Shown here: positions 1 through 8,741 of the stretch, piece by piece | Position numbering within the stretch: position 1 is the first letter of the stretch | Layout: each line of letters starts with the position of its first letter | Assembly: GCA_963662275.1 (NCBI GenBank) | Contig: OY759316.1 | Coordinates: 1,504,001-1,568,000 of the forward strand | Reading direction: 5' to 3' | Origin: Candidatus Cloacimonadales bacterium | GTDB lineage: Bacteria; Cloacimonadota; Cloacimonadia; Cloacimonadales; DAONDQ01 | Length of the DNA stretch: 64,000 bases | Position numbers and translations under genes: made by a program | The notes under the pieces: model-generated | What the model saw: the letters and a program-made list of their open reading frames with translations, nothing else | What the model was told of the DNA's origin: nothing | The model's database searches: none

Positions 1-594
1 TCGAATAAAATGCATATTGTCACCATGCAAAGCACTGATGGCATGCACAGGTACATCACAACAGATCTTTTTCACTTCCTCTAATTTCTCTTCCACATCA
101 TTGCATAGATCTGTTTTATTTAGGATGATAACAGCTTTCACACCGCTTTCCCAGATAAGGGAAAGATACCGTTCAATTTTTCGAAGATTGTAATCGAAGT
201 TTAATGATACAACAAGGAAGACAATATCGATGTTCACCGATAGAATCTGTTCATCGGAACTTCCCGCCTTTGTAAAATTGCGACCGTAGGTATTCTTCGC
301 CTTTCGGGAGAAGCAACTCTTTCTGGGAAGAATGGCAACGATACGATATGGATCTACGGGTTTCTTTCGTTCCACAGCAACCCAATCCCCTATAGCCGGG
401 AGGTCAGACCGGTTAAAAGCAGAATCGAACAGTTTTTGTGCAACTAGGGCAACATCTTCGCCCGTTTCCATAAGAATTCCATATCGGTTCTTCATCTCCT
501 GGCAAATACGTGCGGGAATACATTTTTTTTCTTTATAGGGCTGAAATGCTGCTTCCAGTTCAGTATTCCACCCTAGTTCATTTAATGGATACAT
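1..594 (-). CDS. rsgA: Ribosome small subunit-dependent GTPase A (N-terminal part; runs off window start)
   Basis: Manual translation from ATG 594 (RBS GGAGG): MYPLNELGW...LPAIGDWV...AILPRKSCFSRK...EQILSVNIDIVFLVVSLNFDYNLRKIERYL...IILNKTDL (G4 NKxD). Confidence 0.9.
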   Translation of the reverse strand, partial: MYPLNELGWNTELEAAFQPYKEKKCIPARICQEMKNRYGILMETGEDVALVAQKLFDSAFNRSDLPAIGDWVAVERKKPVDPYRIVAILPRKSCFSRKAKNTYGRNFTKAGSSDEQILSVNIDIVFLVVSLNFDYNLRKIERYLSLIWESGVKAVIILNKTDLCNDVEEKLEEVKKICCDVPVHAISALHGDNMHFIR

Positions 595-925
595 AAACGC
601 CTCCAGAGAGTTGACCACGAAACACACTGGCAGAAGGTTCCAGGTGTCAGGTTCCAGGTGTCAGTTTCATAGAAAGAAGATAGTGCAATCACAAAAAATA
701 TGATTATGTATGAATTCATATCCTCTCTCCTTTGACAAGTATTGTTTTTTTCAAGGGATAGTGTGCTATAGCTTGTGAAGTTTTGATCGTTATAAGTTTC
801 GTAAATATCGAAATCGTAATTCTTCGTAGGGATAAACCCAAGTGTTTATCCTCTGAAACTAATACCTGGTATCTAGTACCTAGCACCTTTTTCTTCATAC
901 ATCTTCCATTTTGGGCTGATAAAAT

Positions 926-1120
926 AAAAAGCTCAGAGGAACTCGTCCCCTGAGCTATACTCAGAAAAAACGGGAACGGTTCCAAGACCGATCCCGTATA
1001 AAAACTATCAATAACCGTACTCAGCCCGATATTATGGCTACGCAGCTTACATGACAAGGATCGGAATTAGTATAAATTGTCTCCTGTGAATTCATTTGAA
1101 TAAATCATGTTTTCCTCCTT
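926..1120 (-). promoter_or_regulatory. Leader-peptide attenuator upstream of rsgA
   Basis: RBS AAGGAGG, ORF 1108-1067 MIYSNEFTGDNLY*, then two hairpin+U-tract terminators (996-965, 956-926). Confidence 0.6.
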
Positions 1121-1699
1121 ATCATATTTAATAAGACAATAAATAGTGTGGATAGAATGGATGTCAAGAAGATATTGCAGAAGGGGCTAGAGACTAGAAT
1201 AGAGAAGTATAAAAAGACACTATAACTGCAATTCAGGACACAAAACTGCAAATCGGGATTTTCTTTGCTAATTCTGGCAGTTTATGGCGACTGACCCTCT
1301 TCGACAAAAGGGACGCCGTATACTGCAAACAAGTACACTATTTCTGCAAAAACGGTCACGAAAACTGCAGATTTGATTGTTATATTATTATTATCATGTT
1401 TGCCAATAGGATAGGAAATTGGCATAGCCTTCATTACTGTGCTTTAACTAGATAGCTGAACTAAATACAGTTGAGGTTAAAATAATTACAGAAATAAAAT
1501 ACAGGGATTTACTCTGAAGATTGTATTACTTTTTGTAGCCATGTCAATCTGATGACTTACACAGATTACATGACCCCCAATACGAGAATAGTAAAGAATA
1601 TGGATGTAAAGCACTTGCCGATTTATGATTTAGATATTCAAGGATTACCAGGCTTTACAAACCTCAATCAAGAATAACTGTAAGTAAAAGGAGGCAACA

Positions 1700-3172
1700 A
1701 TGACAAAACGCATAGTCAATGTCTTGCTGGGGGTAACATTATGTGTTTCTATTTCAGCTTTCTCCTATCCGATAGTTGACACAGGGGTTCACGCTTTTTA
1801 TAATAACAATGCCATAATAACCGCACCAGCGGAAGGCGCTGCTTTTTTTGGGCAGGATGCCACCTACCAGGGCAATGAAGCCTCTTATACAGACAATGGG
1901 AATGGCACCATAACGGATAACGTAACAGGATTAATGTGGCAAATGGACATGGGAGACAGAATCAGTTACAACAATGCAAAAACAAAGGCTGATACATTAA
2001 CTCTTGCCGGATATACTGATTGGCGGATGCCTACTATTAAGGAACTCTACTCCCTGATAAACTTTAATGGACAAGCCAACATGGAGAGTATCATCACACC
2101 CTATATAGATACAGACTACTTCATACAACCGGAAGGTTCGCCCCGTCCTATTGATGCCCAGACCTGGTCTCTGACCATATATCTCAGCCTGACAATGTAG
2201 GGTGATTCCACAGTGTTTGGGGTGAATTTCCTGGATGGGAGAATCAAAGGCTACAATCAGTATATTCCGGGAAGTAACAATACCAATCCGAATGTCAACC
2301 TCTTTGCCAGGATGGTACGTGGTGCCACAAATTATGGAGTTAACGATTTTGTTGATAATGGGGACGGCACCATTACTGATAACGCTACGGGACTGTTGTG
2401 GCAACAGGCGGATGATGGAGTTGCCCGTGATTGGCAAAATTCGCTGACTTACGCAGAAACCCTTGTTCTGGCTGGACATTCTGACTGGCGTCTGCCTAAT
2501 GCGAAGGAACTGCAAAGTATTGTGGATTATACAAGATGTCCCGATTTAACGCAATCTCCAGCCATTAACCCCATATTTTCTACTACCGGGATCAACGATC
2601 CTGATGGAAACCCGGGTCAGTATCCCTATTTCTGGACCAGCACGACTCATCTGGACGGCATCAATCCCTATGAAAAAGCTGTATATATAGCTTTTGGGGA
2701 AGCCCAGGGCAGACTGAGCAATGTGCTGTTAGATGTACACGGAGCAGGGGCTCAACGCAGCGATCCCAAGACAGGAAATCCTGAAGATTATCCCCAGTTT
2801 TTTGGTCCGCAGGGTGATGTGATATATGTCTTTAATTACACAAGATGTGTCAGAAACGGGGCAATTGTTGGAAATTATGACACAACTCAAAACCCTGAAG
2901 CTGTGTTATTTGTATCAGCCTACCCCAATCCTATACGCATGGCGGGAGAAGTGACTTTTGAAGCAAAACTAAAAGCAGATGAGACAGGGTCTATCACTAT
3001 TTACAATATCAAAGGACAACAAGTCAAATCCTTTGAAGTTAACGCTGCACATTCTAAACAAAGTTGGAACGGTACTGACGAAAATAACCACCAATGTTCG
3101 GTAGGTGTTTACGCATACAAGTTATCAGTCAATAATCGCCAAATAACAAAGAAATTGGTGATACTTAAGTAA
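1700..3172 (+). pseudogene. Secreted DUF1566 (Lcl) protein with C-terminal FlgD-like domain, interrupted by one in-frame TAG at 2198-2200
   Basis: ORFs 1700-2200 and 2213-3172 share a frame; DNGxGTITDxxTGLxW and DWRxPxxKEL motifs; YPNP...IYNIKGQ tail. Confidence 0.8.
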
Positions 3173-3304
3173 AATCAAATTGATATGAGATGCGGTAACA
3201 GTAATAATAACATTTAATAATGTGTTGATAGCTGGAGAGTTTATCCCTCCGAACAACGTACCCGTAAAGGGTACGGCTATTGATAAATAAAAGGAGTTTA
3301 AGAC

Positions 3305-4531
3305 ATGACAAGGCTTCACATATATCTTCACTGTGCAACATTGTTTGTTGCTGCTGGGATCCTTTTAGCAACAGGAGGATGTAACAATCCTGCAAGTAAT
3401 GATGTGGAAATGCAGATTATTCCTCGTGACCCGGCATATGCAGGATGCTATCCGGTAGTGAGCACCAGTCAAACAGCTTGTTGGGACAGTGCCGGCACCC
3501 TAATCACTCCTGTAGCAGGCGACGCATTTTTTGGACAAGATGCTCAGTATAATCATACAAATCCTATTTACACAAAAAGCAGCGATGGAAAGACAGTAAA
3601 AGACGAAGTAACCGGCTTAACATGGCAGCAAAGCTATAGCAGTGGAACTTATTATTGGGCAGCAACTCAAACTGTAGTGAACAATCTGAACAAGCAGGAA
3701 TATGGTGGCTACAGCGACTGGCGCCTTCCAACTATAAAAGAATTATACTCTTTATGGAATGCATCCGTTGGCTGGCCTTATATTGATACAAACTATTTTA
3801 CTATCAATTACAGCAGTGAGGAAGATCTGAGCCATGCCATTTTCTGGAGCAACGATAAATATTCCGGAGTATTGGGCAACATAAGCGGAGCGCCTGGCGC
3901 AGAACCTGGCGCAGAACTTGCCTTTGGTGTGAATTTTGGCACAGGACATATCAAAGCGTATAGTATCAGTGTCGGTCCAAAGCACTTAGTTCGATGCGTG
4001 AGGGGCAATCTTGCATACGGTGTAAATCTATTTCAGAATAATGGTGACGGAACTATTTCTGATTTGTCTACCGGTTTGATGTGGCAACAAACCGACAGTG
4101 GCTCGGGGATAGATTGGGAAAATGCACTGGCTTATGCTCAAACGCAGAATAGCGCAAATTATCTGGGACACAACGATTGGCGATTACCAAATTCCAAGGA
4201 ACTTCAAAGTCTGGTGGATTATACCCGTTCTCCAGGTGCAACAAACTCAGCCAATGTAGGAACGGCAATAAATCCCTTATTCAGTTGTACAGCCATTACA
4301 AACGATGGTGGAAAAGCTGACTATCCCTATTACTGGACAAGTACATCGGCCATTTCAATAGCAAATGGTTCTTATCCTTCTGCATGGTATGTGGCTTTTG
4401 GAAGAGCGGAAGATGGAAATGGTGAAGATCTTCATGGTGCCGGTGCAGTGCGTTTTGATGCTAAGGTATTGGGAAGCGGTGAAGGAGAAGAAAGAGTTTT
4501 AAATTATGTACGTCTTGTAAGAACCAATTGA
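3305..4531 (+). CDS. DUF1566 (Lcl) domain lipoprotein
   Basis: Lipobox-like ATGGC; two TGLxWQQ...DWRLPxxKEL repeats; paralogue of upstream gene. Confidence 0.85.
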   Translation: MTRLHIYLHCATLFVAAGILLATGGCNNPASNDVEMQIIPRDPAYAGCYPVVSTSQTACWDSAGTLITPVAGDAFFGQDAQYNHTNPIYTKSSDGKTVKDEVTGLTWQQSYSSGTYYWAATQTVVNNLNKQEYGGYSDWRLPTIKELYSLWNASVGWPYIDTNYFTINYSSEEDLSHAIFWSNDKYSGVLGNISGAPGAEPGAELAFGVNFGTGHIKAYSISVGPKHLVRCVRGNLAYGVNLFQNNGDGTISDLSTGLMWQQTDSGSGIDWENALAYAQTQNSANYLGHNDWRLPNSKELQSLVDYTRSPGATNSANVGTAINPLFSCTAITNDGGKADYPYYWTSTSAISIANGSYPSAWYVAFGRAEDGNGEDLHGAGAVRFDAKVLGSGEGEERVLNYVRLVRTN

Positions 4532-4663
4532 TTGATGCCTGGACTCGTAAATTCAAGTTGCTGCACAGCATTTAATATGTTCCAGTGGTACTTGTTGTAA
4601 TGGTTGAGCAGAAAGCGCAGTTAAAGTATCAACCTTCAATTCCGCTCTTCTCAGCCAATTTAA

Positions 4664-5794
4664 TTAATCCTTAAAGTATACTGCTACTTTCTTCAATTCC
4701 TTTGGAATATCAATATGTTGAGGGCATTTGGACACACATGCTCCGCAATTAACACATTTATCTGCACGTTCTTCCTCTTCTACAAACCACTGGTATTCGC
4801 GAGTGTGCCTTTCCTTATTACCGAACATATGTGCGTCCATATACACTCCAAAACAGTCAGGAATATTGACTTTATGCGGACATTGCATACAGTATCTGCA
4901 TCCTGTACAGGGAACGGGTATCTTATCCTGGTAGATTTTGCGTACTTTGTTGTAGATATTCAGTTCTTTATGGCTCAGTTCATTTGCCTGGCAAGTATCC
5001 GCAATCATGAGATTTTCGAGTAGCTGTTCAATCGTTGTCATTCCGCTGAGAAGCAAGGTGACTTCGGGCAAATTCCACACCCAGCGCAAAGCTCTATCCA
5101 CAGGCGTGCGAATTGAATCAGATTTATCCCATAATGCTTCGACTTCAGAAGGTAACTGATTGACTAGCTTCCCACCCCTAAGAGGTTCCATTACAATAAC
5201 ACCCATTCCTTTTGAGGCAGCATATTTTAGTCCCCGCAAACCAGCCTGGTAAGCAGTATCAAAGAAATTAAGCTGAATCTGGCAGAAATCCCATTGATAG
5301 ACATCAACCACTTTTTTGAAAACAGGATATTTATCATGAAATGAAAAACCTGCATGGCGAATCTTACCTTTCTTCTTCATTTTATCGAGAAAAGTGAAAA
5401 CATCATTCGCAAGCAAATTCGTTAAGAAGCCTGTATTCATTGAATGAAGCAAATAATAATCTATATAATCTGTCTGTAAATGCTCTAACTGCTGATCGAG
5501 ATAGGACTCCAGATCTTCCGGCTTCTGAATTAACCAACTGGGTAGTTTTGTGGCTATCCTTAGCTTGGAACGATCACATTCCCTGATGAACTTTCCCAGC
5601 AGCAACTCGCTTTCTCCACCATGGTAGGGCCAGGCAGTATCGAAGTAATTGACTCCATTCTGATAAGCATGGCGTAACATCTGAAGAGCCTTCTCTTCAT
5701 CGATTTTTTGTTCTGGAGTAGTTGGAAAACGCATACAGCCAAATCCGAGTATAGATAATTTATCCTCTTTGTGAGGCATTGTACGATATCGCAT
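4664..5794 (-). CDS. Aldo/keto reductase with C-terminal 4Fe-4S dicluster
   Basis: LGFGCMRFP, NYFDTAWPYH, VMEPLRGG, CTGCRYCMQCP and CVNCGACVSKCP. Confidence 0.92.
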   Translation of the reverse strand: MRYRTMPHKEDKLSILGFGCMRFPTTPEQKIDEEKALQMLRHAYQNGVNYFDTAWPYHGGESELLLGKFIRECDRSKLRIATKLPSWLIQKPEDLESYLDQQLEHLQTDYIDYYLLHSMNTGFLTNLLANDVFTFLDKMKKKGKIRHAGFSFHDKYPVFKKVVDVYQWDFCQIQLNFFDTAYQAGLRGLKYAASKGMGVIVMEPLRGGKLVNQLPSEVEALWDKSDSIRTPVDRALRWVWNLPEVTLLLSGMTTIEQLLENLMIADTCQANELSHKELNIYNKVRKIYQDKIPVPCTGCRYCMQCPHKVNIPDCFGVYMDAHMFGNKERHTREYQWFVEEEERADKCVNCGACVSKCPQHIDIPKELKKVAVYFKD

Positions 5795-5970
5795 GAGTAC
5801 CTCTTTATCTCACTAGTATAATTTTCTTATTATTGATTTCTGAACATGAGTAATTAATCTAATCAGGTCTTGAAAACCAAGAGTGATTACTTAATTATTT
5901 CCATATTCATTACAAGAATGAATACTCTCTATGCATTTTTTTTGGAGTTTCAATGAACAGCCTTAACATA

Positions 5971-6000
5971 AAAAAAGAGGCATCAGTTGATGCCTCTTTT
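5971..6000. terminator. Bidirectional intrinsic terminator
   Basis: aaaaaagaggcatca-gt-tgatgcctctttt hairpin after the 6015-8423 gene. Confidence 0.8.
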
Positions 6001-6014
6001 AACATCAATTTGAA

Positions 6015-8423
6015 TTATTTCATGAGAACGGCTTTCAGGAATGACTGCTGATTTCCAGCGGTCATATGAATGAGATAGATTCCGGAACCGCATTCCTGAC
6101 CATTACTATCAAAACAATCCCAAGATAATGTATGGTAACCTGTTCTTTTGAAGCCATTATTCAAAACACGTACTAATTGACCTTTTAAATTATAGATAGT
6201 GATCGTTGTTGTCACATCTTTTGTCAGGTTATAGCTTATGTTTGTGTAACCTGTAAATGGATTTGGATATACTAATTTGAGACCGGTTGTGTTAGCAATA
6301 GTAGGAGGTGGAGTTATTGATCCACCATCACCCACAACAGAAATGGATACTGGTCCGTTAAATCCTAAAGTACCATCGTTATCGACATTCTGTAACCAAT
6401 AGTAGTATATATTATCGGTAATAACATCCACGTCCTGGAAATTATATGTGTGGGTTTCTGCTGTATTTGTTGCCTGGATAAGACTGGAATTCACCTGAAT
6501 TGCGTTACTGAGGTTTACATCTGTCGAACGAAATACATTGTATCCACTTAAGGCAGTCTCTGATTGCGAAACCCATTGAAGACTAACAAATAATTCCTGT
6601 GTTAGATGAGCGTCAAAGGATGTCAATTCCACCGGCAATTCTTCTTCTATAATTGGTGAAAGTGTCCAGTATAATCCATTGTCACCAGGTGATGTGATCA
6701 CGGAGAGACCTGCAAGGACGACTGAACGTGTTGTTCCCAAGTCGTTCGTCGCTAAATCCATATAATATGTCCAAGGTGTAGGATCTGAGTTTAAATAGCC
6801 ACGATTCCAGCAACTAAGTAAGTCATCACTGTTTTCAGATTCATTATAGAATAATGTAATATCTACTGTACCGTCAACGCCACCCTGGGTTAACCAGGTT
6901 TCCGGTAAACTTATTCCATGACCGGCACCTAAATTGTTTGTTGTACCAGACCAGGTGGGCTGGAAACCGTATATGTAACTTGTCCCTGTAATCGCCATAT
7001 GATGCCTGGTCAGGGTAATCGTGTGATCGTTAAAGATCATTGTACCAGTAATGTATAAGTCTCTGGAGAGAGTTCTGTCTGCATGAATAGTAACACCTGC
7101 GGCATTGATGATAGTAAGATAAGCAGGTCCGTTCGAAGCTGGGAATTCCATACTATTCGTTAATTGCGCCGTTACACCTTTATATTCCAGAAATCCTAAG
7201 CTTCCAAAAGAAAGAATCTTTCCCGTACTGGAAGTCAGGTTTCCTTTGATGATCGAAAGAGTACCATTGATCGTACGATTTGCATGGAGATCTACGTTGG
7301 CACTGTTTTCAACGATCAGGCTATTGGGACCTGAAGATGAAGGGAATTCCATATCAGTGGAAGTCTGTAAAGAAGTTCCTGCATAATGAAGAATACCATC
7401 TTCTCCGAAAATGACGATTTTGCTTACCGTTGATGTGATGTTGCCGGCTTGAATCTTCAGTGTGCCATAAACAGTGGGTGTATCTTGAAGATTGATACCG
7501 CTAGAGTTATAAAGAGTAATATTCGATAATTCATGGGTAGTTGAATTAGTCACATGGTTAATTTCAGCACCTGTGATGATCCTGCCAACAGCCCCTTGAA
7601 GCTCGTATTGAAGCGTTGATCCGGTAGCATAAGAGAAATTATAAGCAGCATTACCTGTGGATAACAAGGCAGTTGTACTTAAGCGTTTTAAAGTCAATTT
7701 TCCACCGCTCTTGACGTTGACAGTGCCATTCAGACGTACACCCTGGATGGTCAGGTTACCATACAAATCGATTGTTGAACAATACGTTGTTGCCGTTGCA
7801 TTACGTAAACCGCATGTTCCCGTACAGATTAAGCTGGCTGCATTTGCTACATAGATCGTGCCAGTATTATCTGATCCCGTACCATCAATATAGAGGTTCT
7901 TTGGATCAGCAGGTCCACCAACTTGGAACGTACCGGATGTTACAATTAAATATCCAATTTCAATATCTGTATAAGTAGTACCAACTTGGCTTGTTGTTAA
8001 AGCAACTTCGCAAGTCCAATCACCATGCGATGCGCACCAGTTCAGTCCAAAAAGATAACGGGAGGCACCAACAAATTTCAGTCTTCCAGCACCACTTGTT
8101 GTGATGACGGGAGTGGTAAAACTGGTTGATGGTCCATTGACGACACCAGTGACTCTCAGGGTATAAATCGATATTGCGAGTCTGGTAGTAGGAGCGCTGA
8201 TACCGACCATAGTTAAATCATTACAGGATTCATTTTCCGTTAAGGTAACGGTGTGCCCATCAGAGATAATGGCATCATCACCAGCGATAGGGTAACCACC
8301 GCCGCCCCAGGTAGCTGCATTATTCCAATCGCCTGATCTTGTGCTTGTGTAAGTGGTGGAAAATAAGCTTAAACTGAATATTAGGAGTGTGAAAACAATA
8401 AAATAAAGCCTTAGATTTGCCAT
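6015..8423 (-). CDS. Secreted beta-rich protein with C-terminal FlgD/T9SS-A-like domain
   Basis: Signal peptide; SGDWNNAATW; internal repeats; LPVELTSF; YPNPF...IYNLKGQ...SGIY. Confidence 0.8.
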   Translation of the reverse strand: MANLRLYFIVFTLLIFSLSLFSTTYTSTRSGDWNNAATWGGGGYPIAGDDAIISDGHTVTLTENESCNDLTMVGISAPTTRLAISIYTLRVTGVVNGPSTSFTTPVITTSGAGRLKFVGASRYLFGLNWCASHGDWTCEVALTTSQVGTTYTDIEIGYLIVTSGTFQVGGPADPKNLYIDGTGSDNTGTIYVANAASLICTGTCGLRNATATTYCSTIDLYGNLTIQGVRLNGTVNVKSGGKLTLKRLSTTALLSTGNAAYNFSYATGSTLQYELQGAVGRIITGAEINHVTNSTTHELSNITLYNSSGINLQDTPTVYGTLKIQAGNITSTVSKIVIFGEDGILHYAGTSLQTSTDMEFPSSSGPNSLIVENSANVDLHANRTINGTLSIIKGNLTSSTGKILSFGSLGFLEYKGVTAQLTNSMEFPASNGPAYLTIINAAGVTIHADRTLSRDLYITGTMIFNDHTITLTRHHMAITGTSYIYGFQPTWSGTTNNLGAGHGISLPETWLTQGGVDGTVDITLFYNESENSDDLLSCWNRGYLNSDPTPWTYYMDLATNDLGTTRSVVLAGLSVITSPGDNGLYWTLSPIIEEELPVELTSFDAHLTQELFVSLQWVSQSETALSGYNVFRSTDVNLSNAIQVNSSLIQATNTAETHTYNFQDVDVITDNIYYYWLQNVDNDGTLGFNGPVSISVVGDGGSITPPPTIANTTGLKLVYPNPFTGYTNISYNLTKDVTTTITIYNLKGQLVRVLNNGFKRTGYHTLSWDCFDSNGQECGSGIYLIHMTAGNQQSFLKAVLMK

Positions 8424-8683
8424 TAAATCCTCCCATTTTTTAACTTAGTAAAAATATATACTATGTATATACGTCAACCTAACTCAAGTTATTGATATTA
8501 TGGAGTGGAAATTATGTCAAGAAATAATTTGGATTTTGGAATTATTTGGGAGTATATATTTAGACTATAAAACTGAAATAAAATGATATCTCTCTAAGTA
8601 AATTAATGCTCGGATTACGAATGGAAGATAAGCAGAGATTTTACGTCTCTATCTGAGTGTTGAAAGCATAGGAAATACGTATT

Positions 8684-8714
8684 AAAAAGGCTGCCGAATG
8701 AATTCCAGCAGCCT
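8684..8714 (-). terminator. Intrinsic terminator
   Basis: aaaaaggctgc...gcagcctt hairpin just past the stop of the endonuclease gene. Confidence 0.65.
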
Positions 8715-8741
8715 TATGTGACATTGAGTAAGAACTAATGA

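Noticed and set aside
716..1057. 113-aa minus-strand ORF
   Set aside because: Runs through terminators and repeats, no RBS or recognisable motif; better explained as leader RNA
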